From Hyaloraphidium curvatum SAG 235-1 (lineage: Eukaryota; Fungi; Monoblepharomycota): a DNA stretch of 64,000 bases. A program made the translations under genes and the position numbers. Shown here piece after piece: positions 1-11,437 of this stretch. The stretch's first letter is position 1. Every line of letters starts with the position of its first letter. The stretch lies in assembly GCA_025558095.1 (NCBI GenBank), contig JAIVFI010000035.1, forward strand, positions 248,001 through 312,000, written 5' to 3'. The notes beneath the pieces are model-generated. The model did no database searches and was not told the origin of the DNA. It saw nothing but the letters and a program-made list of their open reading frames with translations.

Positions 1-1457
1 AACGCGAACACATCGGATTTCACAGTGGTGCGTCCATTTCCTGACCGTGCCAGCTCCGGAGCAAGATGAGAGACTGTGCCTCCACGGAACCGGGCACCGG
101 ATGTTCGCAAGGAAATGTTGTCCGTTACACGGGCCATGCCGAAATCAATGAGCATTGCTCGGTCTCCAGAGACGAGGCAGTTTCCAGCTTTGATGTCACC
201 ATGGATTATTCCCCTGCGATGTAGGAAGGACACGGCCAGGGCAAAGCCATGAAGAAGCCGGAGAGCATCCGTCAGATACGTGCCAGATTTTCGACTAAAC
301 CACAGCCAGGAATGGAGATCGGGTGAGCAGCCCTTGATCTTTGGCACCATCGGGGACACGACAAGCCACTCCGAGTCAAGTGGGACGTACCCAATCAGGG
401 GGAAAAGGTTCGCGTAGCCCGGCTCGTTCACGTTGTCTCTTTGAAGAAGGCTGGCCAGAATGTTCACCTCTTTCTCAATCAAATTTCGATGGTGCCGCTC
501 GATATCCGGCCCGTTCCTTTTGTTTATCGGGATCACTTTGACCGCGACAGATTCCCCACGGTACGTTCCCTTGTAGACTTTGGAATGACCACCGCCGCCA
601 AGCTGATTGCTGGCTGTGGCAACGTACACAACGTCCTTGAGAGCAATCCTGTAGTGCTCAGCACCGATTCCAAAGTACGTTCGATATTTTGCAATGATGG
701 CGGATCCAGTGGGGGAACACAGAACATAGGGCACAATGCCGCTGGAGTCCGGTCGATAAGGATCAGTCCGTTCGTGGATTCGCAGGAACTGGTGGATGAG
801 AATCCGGAATCGCTGTGCATCTCGCTCCGGAAGCGATCCTTCGCGCTGACATAGATAAAAGAACGGCGTCCGACCATCGTTGTCAGTGAGGTTCAGCCTA
901 GGCGCATTTTCCGCTGACATTTCCGGGTGGTTGACAATTGAATCAATCACGTCGGAGTGTCCGAAGCAGCACGCCAAAGACAGACCACTCTTCCCAGACC
1001 TCTCCTCGACGGCGTTGAAGTCGATGTATCCCTCATATCTGCAGAGCAATTTATCGACGAGCTCCACAGCCCCATCGCGACATGCCAGCAGCCACATTGT
1101 CATTCCGTCAATATCCGCCCGGTTCAGGCCCAAACTCTCCTGAGTGGCATCGAGCATTCCCACTAGAGCTTCAATGTAGCCGTGCTTGTACGCTAGAAGA
1201 ATTGCCGTGTCTCCGGTCGGTGTGGTTGCACCGAGGATCCGTTCCGCATTTTGGCGCGAAGCGAGGCGATCCACGAGCTCACGCGAGAACTGGGCATCGT
1301 CCGCTTCGCAGCTCAAATGAAGTCCGGTAAGACCAGATGCCTGCTCGCGAACATTGGCGTCGAAGGTGGGTTGGCGCAGAAAGTCGTTGACCGTGGCTCG
1401 GTTCCCAGTCCGGCACGCAGTGAACCACGCTCCAAGCAGAGCCGAATAAGCAGCCAT
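1..1457 (-). CDS. Ankyrin-repeat plus TKL-like protein kinase, 3'-partial (runs off the left end)
   Basis: Hand translation from ATG 1457 is open to base 1, so it is absent from the ORF track. Ankyrin-like units GLTGLHLSCE, GDTAILLAYKHG, GMTMWLLACRDG, GKSGLSLACCFGH, GRTPFFYLC are followed by QLGGGGHSKVYKG, VAVK, HGDIKAGN, DFG, APE and KSDVFAF. Confidence 0.92.
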   Translation of the reverse strand, partial: MAAYSALLGAWFTACRTGNRATVNDFLRQPTFDANVREQASGLTGLHLSCEADDAQFSRELVDRLASRQNAERILGATTPTGDTAILLAYKHGYIEALVGMLDATQESLGLNRADIDGMTMWLLACRDGAVELVDKLLCRYEGYIDFNAVEERSGKSGLSLACCFGHSDVIDSIVNHPEMSAENAPRLNLTDNDGRTPFFYLCQREGSLPERDAQRFRILIHQFLRIHERTDPYRPDSSGIVPYVLCSPTGSAIIAKYRTYFGIGAEHYRIALKDVVYVATASNQLGGGGHSKVYKGTYRGESVAVKVIPINKRNGPDIERHHRNLIEKEVNILASLLQRDNVNEPGYANLFPLIGYVPLDSEWLVVSPMVPKIKGCSPDLHSWLWFSRKSGTYLTDALRLLHGFALAVSFLHRRGIIHGDIKAGNCLVSGDRAMLIDFGMARVTDNISLRTSGARFRGGTVSHLAPELARSGNGRTTVKSDVFA

Positions 1458-1825
1458 CGTGCACGATTAGGCTAAACGGAAGCCGGCGGCGCAGCAATGC
1501 GCTCTCATGCAATGCTGGTTCTTCAGGCGTGGGGGGGCACCGGAGTCGTCGACGCGGCGTGGCGCCGTCTCGACAAGAGATCGTTGATCAGTTCACATCA
1601 TGCACCATCAACCATGTTCGTTGTGGCAGCTGGCTTTTCCATGCGGGACATTTGCAGCTATCCAATACACGGAAGAATAGTGGTGGATGCAGGGGCCCGA
1701 CTTGAGTGCGTTCTGGCTTATTGAGTCGCAGTGCAAGTGGCATTCTTGAGGAAAGACCCGTAGCTATAGCAGACGTAGACTCGCATACGATCGGGCTGGA
1801 CAGTCATCTCCTCCTGAAGTGCACC

Positions 1826-4234
1826 TTACACATTCCGCTCGATCCAGCTCTGGATCAGCCCTTCGGGCGTCTCCGGGTAGTCCCGCCACTCCACGGTCCC
1901 ATCCGGCTTCAGGAACGAGTTGCCCTGCACGAACTGCTTCCGCGGCTGCTTGCGCGAGAGGACAATGTCCCGCCACGCGAGCATGCTGTCAGGCACGGCG
2001 GTGTGGTCGCGGTAGAACGCCGAGCCGTTCTCGAAGTCGGCCGTCATCTTGTAGATGTGCAGCTTCTGCAGAAAGGCGCCGATGGCCGCCTTGCCGACCG
2101 TGAGGATCTTGCTCCGGTCCAGGTGTACGACCAGGTTGGGGCCGTCCTCGTCTGAAGTCTCCTCGATCGTGACGAACCCGTCGCCGGCGCGCATGAAGCA
2201 CTGGAGGATCGCGTAACGAGCTTGCATGTGCGCTTGCCTGGATAAAACAATCAATCAGTGTCTTTGACGAGTGCAACAACCGTCGAAGTCCTTACCCATG
2301 CTTCTTCGCCTTCGGCTCGTAGAATTCGAGCGCGAGCAGCCCTGCCCGCGCCATCTGCAGCCAGGCCACGTAGCGCACGTCGTCGATCTCGGCCGGATCC
2401 GTGTGCCCGAAGAGCGAAACAACGTCGTCGAAGCAGCTGGGGTGCGCATGATGTTGTGAGATAAGACTCCAGGGGGATCGGCGCTGGAAACCCACCAAAG
2501 GAACATAGCCACGGCTTCGGCACGGCACTCTTCGTAAGTCGAGCTGATCGAAGTGAAAACAGAGTTCCAAGTCTGCCCCAGGGTGTACCAGGATGCGATC
2601 GGTTTGCCGGTCACGGGCGAGATCGGCAGGTGATCCTTGTTGAAGTTGTATACCCCGGCTGCCGTTTCCATCTGGACGCGGCCGCTTCCATGACCTGCGG
2701 AAGATCAACATCAATTGAAATCGGGACGCTACTACTGCGGCGCTGCAGTCCATACCGATGAGCTCGTGGCAAGCGACTTGGACTTCGAAAGCGGGTCCCC
2801 TGTACTTCTGGAACAACGCGAGGTCTTCCGGAGTAAGAAAAGTGACCTGCAACACTTTTGTTGAGTAGAGACTAGGAGTTTGTTCAGGTCGACCGCACCT
2901 TTTCGTTCGGGGACTTGGCACTCAGGACGTTCGAGAGCGACACGTTCTTGAACCCGAGCTCCTGGCGGATGTGGTCTTGGTTGGGGATGTTTATGCCGGC
3001 CGGCACGCCTCCGGTAGCGAAGGAGATAACCTCGAGAGCAGTGAAGTCTGCGTGCGGGAGGGGAGGGAGGCGGGGCCGATGGGGGGTCGGGGTTGGTTGG
3101 TCGGGGCAATCTTAGTCCCGTCAGCCAAGCGAATCGATACCACACACCTGGAGGGTTGAATTTCTCCTTCTCGAACTCAGGGCCCCAGGGAAGGAGTGAC
3201 AGGAAGTGCGGAGCTCGCTTGACCATCTCGGCGAATACCCTGCTCCGCTCCTTATTGACGACGGCAACGAAACCCTCCCATTCGGCACGAATTCCGGCAG
3301 GATCCCTGTACGTTTCTATGAAGGAAGCGTTTGACTCGACCGTAGGGCCCTGGTCCTTGACCCAGGACTTCTGCGATTCGTCGAAGAGCTTCACATCGCC
3401 CGTCTTGAAGTATTCCACGTACTGCCGCAACATCGTTGCCTGCGTTTCGTTGGCAGCATAGGCAACGGCTTCCGCGAGATGCTTCATGGACGCCTCCAGC
3501 TCCCGCTGGTGGTCTCCGTAAACCAGCTTGATCGTACGGCCGCCTGCCGTCTTAATCTCGCGCGACGGCTGCACCTCGGCGGAAGCGATCCTCAATTGGT
3601 AGTTGCCAGCTTCGTCCAGGAAGAGCCTCGTGTTCAGGGCAGATATGTCGTTGGCCTCGAGCGCCTTTTGGACGGCCTCGATGTCCTCCTTCGTGATCCG
3701 CGGGTCGTAGAAGTTGGAAACATGACCTTCGTCTGGAAATCCGAGATGCAGCTGGGTTTCCTTGGCTCCGACAGCGTAAATCGCGTCCTTCAGCTTCGCA
3801 AAGAGCTCATTTGCCGCATCCGACTTGCTCGCCGCCACGATTGCCCCAAAGTCGTCGACAGAGAGGCGCGGCACAAACTTCGTGTCGCCGAAAGACTTGT
3901 AGTCCCCCAGATTGGCCAGGAAGAGCGCGACGTAATCCAGAAACTGCTTCCAAGCAACGTCGGTGACGCCACTGGCATTTCGCAGTCCTTCAAAGTCCGG
4001 TTGGGGCCCGAAGATGCCGAGCACGAGGTCATAGATTCCTTCCGCTTCCGACGAGACCTGACGGAGGCAGATCCGCGACCCTGCGAAGCTGGCTCGCGAG
4101 ATGTGATGCGCGTACAGCTGTTCTTTCGGCGAGAGCGAGCGGAAGTGCTCCGCACATTCGAGGCGGCATATCGGGATGTTCTCGTCCGCGAGGTAGAGCG
4201 CCGAGATTGACGACGCGTCCGTCACGTTCCGCAT
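1826..4234 (-). CDS. DPP3: Dipeptidyl peptidase III (peptidase M49), multi-exon
   Basis: Splicing gives [16 protein letters not shown] (HExxGH). Also [36 protein letters not shown] and C-terminal GLIQSWIER. Confidence 0.96.
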
Positions 4235-4335
4235 CGCGAAAGCTTTGGTGGAAGACGTGCCCTCGCCCTGCTATTAGCTTCCGTGATCGCGGTGCAGATC
4301 GCGGTGCCACTGCTTGTTGAAGTGGTCAACACACC

Positions 4336-5218
4336 ATGGCGGACCCGGACGTGGACTGGGAGGGCGACCTGTCAGAAGGCGAGGAGGAAGAATTGGATGA
4401 CGACGAATGGGAGGAGGAGGTGGGACGCGTCGCGACGCGTCCGCATCGCGTCTCACCAGGCGGAACCGCGGTCCCGCCCGGCTCCTCCGCAGACCACCTA
4501 CGTCGTCCTGGACCTAGGCCCGAACTTCGCGGAAGGAAACCTTCTCGAGGAAGCCATTGCGCGCAACGGCACATACCAGCTCGTGGGCCTCGACAGGGCG
4601 AACCCGTTCCTGCGCATCGGCACCGCCTACTTCAAGGGCGAACGCGTGGAGACTATCGGCACGGACCTTGTTTTCGCGGCAGAGAATCATCCGGGGCCTG
4701 CATCGGCACCCGCGGCAGGTGCTCAGAGGCAGAGCCAGGGCTGGAGAAGGATCACCTCTCGGCCTCCCGTGCCACCACCGGGTTCCTTCCAGCCTCCGCC
4801 CCCGCAGCAAAGAAAGGAGCCGACGCTGGTGTGCAAAACGACGAAGCGAATCATGTTTCAGCAGGTGAAGCTGAGTCTGAAGGGGGAGGAGGCCGGGGAA
4901 GCTGCGGCTTCCGGCGAGGCGCCTCAGGCCAACGGGCCGGAGGTCGAACCGGTGGCATCCGCGCCGAACCCATCGGAGCCCGGCATTCCTGCCGAGAATG
5001 ACGAGGCTGCTGGATCCGCTCCTGAAGAGCGTCTCGGCGAGGAGGACGTGGTCATGGCGGATGCGGCAGATGCCGATCGCCCGCCGCCAGCGGCGCCGGC
5101 TTCTGACCACGCCGCGATGGACGAGGATCTCGCCGAAGGAACCGCTTCCGCCGCGGATACGCCGACGGCGTCATCCAAAGGGACCCCTGCAACCAAAAGA
5201 GGTCGGAGGCGCAAATAG
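4336..5218 (+). CDS. TFIIIC subunit 6 (GTF3C6/Sfc7/Tfc7 N-terminal triple-barrel) family protein
   Basis: Acidic exon (DDDEWEEE), an intron, then TTYVVLDL...YQLVGLDRANPFLRIGTAYFKGERVETIGTDLVF. Basic C-terminus KRGRRRK. Confidence 0.8.
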
Positions 5219-5221
5219 AGT

Positions 5222-8173
5222 CTATTGCGGTTCCTGCCATACCTCGCAGACCTTCGAGAACGGTTTCCGCGCGGCCATCTCGTCCGCAGCCCTGCGGAAC
5301 TCCGCCATCAGCGTGATGCACGACATGTCGTTGACGTTCCGAGTAGTGTTGTGCTCAATGAAAGGGTCCTCCGTGACCCACGCGTCACCGCGAAACCGGT
5401 CCCTCGATCGCTCAATGAAGGCCCCGTCACGCAGGGATACGGCAAGTTTGCGCCGGTTGAAGCGGGAATAGGTGTCAAAGAAGCCGTGGAGCAGCGCGGT
5501 CAGGGTCTCCTCGTTTTCGGACTTGTAGGCCACCATGCTGAGCTCCGCCTCGAGCGGAACGAGCTGCTGCGTCATGGCGGGCGGCGCGTACGTCGGGCCC
5601 TTGCCCGCCGGTAGCACCACGGGGGTCGGGGAAAACTCGAGCAGGTCGCGGAACGTGACGTCGACTGTCGTGGCTTCCGGCCTTGGTTGCGGCATCGGCT
5701 TCGATCCGGGGCGCTTCGTCCTCGGCGTTTTGGTGCTGCCGGGCAGCACCGTTGTGCAAAACTGGCGCGGCCGGTCCGTAACCTGTTGCAGGCAGGGCAC
5801 CACTCCCCGCATGACGAGGAACGTGAGCCCCATAAGCACGAACGAATAGGAAGACAGCCAGCCGCCGGAAGGGTTGTTGACCCTGCGGCACTTGCTCCAC
5901 TTCTTGATCGCCATGAGGAACGGGCGCACCCGGGGGTCGAGGAGGCAGTACGTCCGCAGGAGCCGCGTGTTGTACAGGGCGATGGAGTTGTTGACGTTGA
6001 TGTCCGCAGCGACCTCGATGCCATCGTAGGAAACGAATTTGATCTTGACGATGGGGATCCTCGCGTGCGCAATTGGGAGCACCTCGGCAAAACCACACCG
6101 CCGGAGGATATTGGCGAGCGCGTACATGCTCAGCCAGGGCCCTTGGGAGTCCACGCCGTGCTTTTCCGTGACGATGCAGAGGTCCAGGTCGTCGTCGCGC
6201 GTCCCGAGGCCGTTCGAAGTCGATCTGGCAGCACAGAATCAGCACAGGCAAACGTGGAAAGGTCGGTCAACGAACCCAAAGGCAAACACGCGGATTCCAT
6301 CTCCCCAATGCAGGTTGATCTGCTTCTGAATTTTGTCGATGACGACTTGCCTGACCCTCAGATCCGCGTAGCCCGGCAGCTTCTTGCTGACCTCCCAATA
6401 TATCTCCCTCGAACACTCCAAAAGATACTCGTACGGCAAGGGCAAGCTCGCAGGTGCGGCAGCCGCGACGGGGGATTCTGCCTCCCCGTTGGGCAGCGAG
6501 ATGACGGAGCGAACGTTCCCATCTGCGGCTTGCGTGTACGACAGCGAAACGAGTCCTGCTTCGTCCAGGATGCGACAGAGCTGTTCCCACCCGCCGACTA
6601 GCTGCAGCAGTCCGTCGACAAAGGGGCCCGAAACAGAACTGCCACGCTTCTTGCTCGCTGCGATGGCATCTGCGACGGCGATTGAACCGCCCGACTCGTT
6701 CAGCAGGTTCATCAGGAACTTGAAGACCCTCGCAAACGCGGGGATGGTCCCCAGCGGGTGTCCCAGAATGTCCCCATCGTCCATACCGGAACCTTCATCG
6801 AACGATGCCAGCCTCGCCACAACGAACTGCGGAACGTCGATGCCGTGCACCCGGTCGCAGATTAGGAAGTCCGGTTGCTCCAGCAGAAAGTTCAACAGAC
6901 CATGCCGGGGGAAAGGCACATCGCCAGAGGCAGGAAAGGGCGGGAGCACCAGCACGGCGAGCTCTTCCAACCCAAGCACCAGGCGCCCATTGTCCAGGAA
7001 CGCTGCATTTATCTTCGCCATCAACGTCTTTCCGTCCTGTTCATCCCCGGCATCCCCGCTGTTGCTTTCGCCCCCAAGCGTGACGTACTTTGGCCGACCC
7101 TGCCTCGGGTTCCACGACCTCCTCGTCGCCTCGTCGACCACGAACACGTCCTTCCAGATGCCGCACGCGGTGGTGGCCGTGACTCCGGCGTCCAAGTTCT
7201 GCTTCCAAAACCCAAACAGACCCGGGAATCCGTGCTGCAGCTCCGTGTCCAGCCGCGACGAGCCCAGGCAGCCACCGGCCTCCCAAACGGTCCTGAAGGC
7301 GGCGGATGCCAGCGAATTGCCCGCCTTGCCGCGCCGATTGGCGTCACCAACACTGCTGAGCGACGCAATGGGCGGGAGCGAGTCTGGCCCGTACGAGGAG
7401 CCCTGAGGGTCCTCCAACGGCGCCATGCCGACCCGAAAGAGCGCGAGGTCGAGCTCCGTCGCCAGCTCCTGCGAAGCCGGAACGGGGCCCTCCCCCATCT
7501 GCTTCACATTAAAGATGCCTTTGGCCTCCTGCAGCAACGCCAAAAGTTTCTTTCGGTCGCCGCTGTAGTCGACCGTCCACAGCAGCTTTACGAGGTGGCC
7601 CCTGCCGCCCGTCCGAATCAGGTGCAAGAGGCAGGCAAACAGGTGCCAGATCTCCACCGGCGCGTTGGCGACCGACTTGGAGCACTTGCCCCGCACCGCC
7701 GGCTTCCGGATGGCGCGGAACCAGAGCTCCACCGCGCCGCGATCCCGGTCGGGGTAGGAAAAGGTGGTCGGCGAGGGCAACGGCTCCAACGAGTCGTCCG
7801 TGAGCGTCGGCGACGGCAGCGCGACGGCGCTGGGCTTCGCCGGGCGATCCTTTGACGCCCCGGAGCGGGATGCGGGCTTGGCCGCCGGGGGTGCCTTAGC
7901 CTCGCGGCGCGGGGCCTGGCCAGGGGACATCGGGCTGGGCAGCACGCCCGCTCCATCCCCCTGCCGCTGTCCGCCATCCGCAATGCCGAGCGCCGACAGC
8001 TGCTGCACCGGCGGATCCGCGGCGTCGTCCTCGATTTGCCTCTTTACCACCACGACGATGCCCGGCGCCACAACCCGCTCCTTGACAATCACCCGCGAGG
8101 GACGAGCCGCAGGGCGCGCAGCGTCGCCGTTTTGCTTCGGCACGGATGCCGATGAATTTGCTGCCGGCTCCAT
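5222..8173 (-). CDS. Cid1/TUTase-type non-canonical poly(A)/(U) polymerase with long N-terminal extension
   Basis: Splicing restores FGSTSNGLGTRDDDLDLC. Also ARIPIVK, DINVNN, NTRLLRTY, IKKWSK, LSSYSFVLM and EDPFIEHN. Start at MEPAANS (8173) is inferred. Confidence 0.9.
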
Positions 8174-8408
8174 CCTGGGCGACCCTGGCCGTGACGCGTC
8201 GCCAATGATGTTTTGATTGACTCTCAGTCGCAGCAACTCGAGTAGGCCGCCGGCACGCGGCGCATTTCGTCGGGCCGCTGCTTTACAACTTATTCCGAGA
8301 TTCAGAGCCATAAAGACGAGCGAGGAGGCACATCCGAACACGTGCGCCAGCCTGTTCCGAGGTTGTGGACCGTCCCTCTCCCCAAGTCTCCCGTCTCCCA
8401 GAGCGGCG

Positions 8409-9561
8409 ATGGAGGCTTGGTTCTCCAGCGCTATTTCTCTCCCTTCGTCATCCATCATCTTCGACACGGACAGTCCCGGCTCCCATTCGGACCCCTTCCT
8501 CCTCTCGTCGTGCTCAGGCCCAGACCGCCTCACGAGGCTCGTCGTCGCCCGCTCCCCCGACGGCGTGCACGCGTTCGCCGCCTTCCACACCGGCAGGCTG
8601 ATGACCGGCCCCGCCGGCACGCTGCAGGGCGGGATGCAGGAGTGCCTCCTGGCGACGGCGATGGCGTTCGCGGCGCGCGAGAGGGGCACGGGCGGGTTCG
8701 GGAAGCTCGAAAGGAGCGAGGTGGGGTACAAGGCCAGGGTGGCCGTGCCCGGGTACTACCGGATCTCGGGGCGGCTGAAGCAGGCGAGGAAGGAGGGGCG
8801 GGGGTTGGTGCTGGAGCTCGAGGGGGCGATCGAGGAACCGAAGGGGGACGGATGGGCGGTTCTCGCCACAGGGAAGGCGACGAGAGTATTTGCTGATGGC
8901 GTATCGGTCTCAAGTAATCCATCGAGGGAGCGAGCCGCGATCGGGCCAAGCAGGATATCTAGGCCAATGTGGGCGGAGGTGGAGGCGCTGCTGGCGGGCC
9001 GCGAGGAGCGATCCCTGGTTGCGGAAGGAGATGCCGAACTCGGCAGGTTTCCGAGCTGGGTCGGAAGCGAGGTGAGCACTTTACATGTCCCCGGTCTGTT
9101 TGCATCTGCTGAGGATGGATTCGCAGACAAGCGGATTCCCCTGGCGGACGTGCTTCGGCCCCGGGCGCATATCCCGTATCGCTGCCGTCCTCGACAAGGC
9201 GGAGCAGGCACTGTCTGGCGCCCTGTTTTTCGACCGGGGCACCGAGGGCGCCGAAGCCGGAGGCGGCCTGGTCTCGGCCTCTGCTCTATTTGCGATTCTG
9301 GATTATCTGGCCGTGGAAACGAGCATTCGAGTGCTCAGAGCTTCTGGAAGGACCGGGACTGCGGTGACGGCGAACATGGCACTTGGGTACTTGGAGCTGC
9401 CGCGGGTTCCGGGATTGGTGCACTTCAGGAACCGCGTCGACCGCGTCGAGGGTCGCAAGATCTTCCTTGCGATCGAGGCGCGGGACTCGCCGGGGGGGAA
9501 GCCCTACGCCAGGGGGACAGCGCTGTTTGTATCGGTCCCTGGAGGACCCCCTAAGCTATAG
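8409..9561 (+). CDS. Tandem hotdog-fold thioesterase (PaaI/THEM4-like), C-terminal PKL
   Basis: Domain 1 has TGPAGTLQGG. An intron near 9072-9126 joins domain 2 (ALFAILD...AVTANMALGY...VEGRKIF...ARGTALFV). Ends GGPPKL-stop. Confidence 0.8.
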
Positions 9562-9917
9562 ATCTCTGCGGTTTGACCCCGGATGTGGATTCTTCGATAG
9601 CTAGCGGGATGCTCGGCACAGTTTTGGAGACGGTGCAGTGGGAGCTGGGGGTTGTGGGGCTCGTCGTTCTCGAAGGTACCGGAAGCTTCAAGTGGCGTCA
9701 AGCGGCACGTGAATGAGGTCACGCGCAACCCCCGGATCCCCGGACACCCCATCGCCAGCCGCCGCCAGGCCGTGCCGCCCGGGCTTTCCGCTTGCAAAGA
9801 AGCGCATTAACGCGCCGAGTGCCGGGCGCGCCTGCATTCGTGCTCCTTCGAGCCCCGGACCAGGGGGAGATAGCGGACCCTGACGCGGTCACCCTCGGCC
9901 CCCCGCCTCTCCCCGCC

Positions 9918-11273
9918 ATGGCCTGCGCTCCGCCGCGCAGCCGCTTTGGCGGCAACTCGCTGCTCGCCGCCGCGCTCGACAACCCGCTGCTGCTCTTCTC
10001 GCTGCGGCGGCGCGTCACCGACGCGGGGTTCTCTCACCTGTTGGCAATCCTCGCGGCCGCAAAGAGCGCCGTCGCAGCGCGCGACGCCGGCCTGCGCGTC
10101 GTGCAGTTCGGCGCCACGACACCCGACGGCCGCCGCGTGACCCGGCTCTACGTGCAGCTGCCCGCCCACGCAAAGGGCGCGCCGCGCCTGATCCCGATCG
10201 CCGGCGCGCCGCTGAAGGACGTCGCAAAGGCAGCGGCGGCTGCCCCCGCGCAGCATGCCGCGGCCGTCGTCACAAAGACGCTGGGCGAGCCCAGCATGCC
10301 GGCCACCGTGGCCAAGGCCGCCGCCGAAACCGCACAGATCCTCAAGGACCCGCTCGGCCAGGTGGTCAAGGAGGTCAAGGAGAACCTGCCGACGGTCGAG
10401 GCCGTTGCAAAGGCCGAGGATCTGGGCGTCAAGGCCGCAAAGAACCTCGTGGAACGGGCAAAGGTGCGTCGCGCTGCTGTGCTGCCCTCCGAGGGGCTTC
10501 TCACCGGAACCTCTCCGCAGATCGGAGTCGATCTGATCCAGAATGCCGCCGCCGCGACCCCGGACCTAGCCGTCCCCGCCGCATCGACCGCTCCGTTCGC
10601 CGACGCCTTTGCCGACCTTGCGATCCAGCACGCCCTGGCTGTCGACGCCGCCCGCGCCAAGCAGCGCCGCGCCGCCGTGTGGAAAACCACCGGCGCCGTG
10701 CTCGCCGCCGTCTCGCTTGCCGCCGCTGCGGCTGGCGCCGCCTATCTCTACCGCCAGGGCCGGCTCGACCGCGACTCGCTCGCCGAGCTCCTCCGCGCGC
10801 ACCTCCCCGAGCGCCTCAACCCGGACTCTCTCGCCGCCGTCTGGCGCACCTACTTCCCCGGCTCGCAGCCCGCGGCCCCGCCCTCCGACGCCGCACCTTC
10901 CGACGCCCACGCCGAGGACCTCTTCCCGGACGACCCCTGGGTCTCTGGGGAGGAGCCCTCCATGTCCCTCCTCGACTCGGTCAGCGAGGACGACGTCGAC
11001 ACGTGCGACGCCGGCGTCAAGAAGCTCATGCTCCGCGACGACGAGGCGTCGGTCGCCGCCAGCCCCGCGTCCGCGAGCCCGGCGTTCGGCGCCGCGCACG
11101 CGGACCTGAGCATGTCGGCCATCTCGGAGAGCTCGGCCGAGGGGGGGAGGAGCGCGGACGAGTGGGTGGTGGTGCAGCAGGGCGAGGAGGCGCAGGAGCA
11201 TGGGTTGCCTGTCCCGGCCGTTGGGGAGGGTCACCTGGAGATGGCCGAGGTGGCTACGGATGCCCGTCTCTGA
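9918..11273 (+). CDS. Hypothetical single-pass membrane protein with acidic tail
   Basis: Long ORF with coding-like GC3 bias. Hydrophobic segment GAVLAAVSLAAAAAGAAYLY, acidic tail containing DEWVVV, ends ARL. A probable in-frame intron lies near 10464-10520. Confidence 0.65.
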   Translation: MACAPPRSRFGGNSLLAAALDNPLLLFSLRRRVTDAGFSHLLAILAAAKSAVAARDAGLRVVQFGATTPDGRRVTRLYVQLPAHAKGAPRLIPIAGAPLKDVAKAAAAAPAQHAAAVVTKTLGEPSMPATVAKAAAETAQILKDPLGQVVKEVKENLPTVEAVAKAEDLGVKAAKNLVERAKVRRAAVLPSEGLLTGTSPQIGVDLIQNAAAATPDLAVPAASTAPFADAFADLAIQHALAVDAARAKQRRAAVWKTTGAVLAAVSLAAAAAGAAYLYRQGRLDRDSLAELLRAHLPERLNPDSLAAVWRTYFPGSQPAAPPSDAAPSDAHAEDLFPDDPWVSGEEPSMSLLDSVSEDDVDTCDAGVKKLMLRDDEASVAASPASASPAFGAAHADLSMSAISESSAEGGRSADEWVVVQQGEEAQEHGLPVPAVGEGHLEMAEVATDARL

Positions 11274-11437
11274 AACGACAAGAATCTGAAATCTGAAGCA
11301 AGAACAACAAGCGGAACAACGGGGGTGGAATGGTATCTTGACTCTTTCACAATCTGAAGTCTGGTACAGCAATAAAAGTGTGTAGACAGAACTGGTATTC
11401 TGCGTTTGCATTCCTTTTCGCCCATCTTCCTTCCGCA

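Noticed and set aside
8174-8731. Overlapping N-terminal extensions of the TUTase and thioesterase ORFs
   Set aside because: Open by chance in GC-rich DNA. ATGs at 8173 and 8409 give a normal divergent pair.
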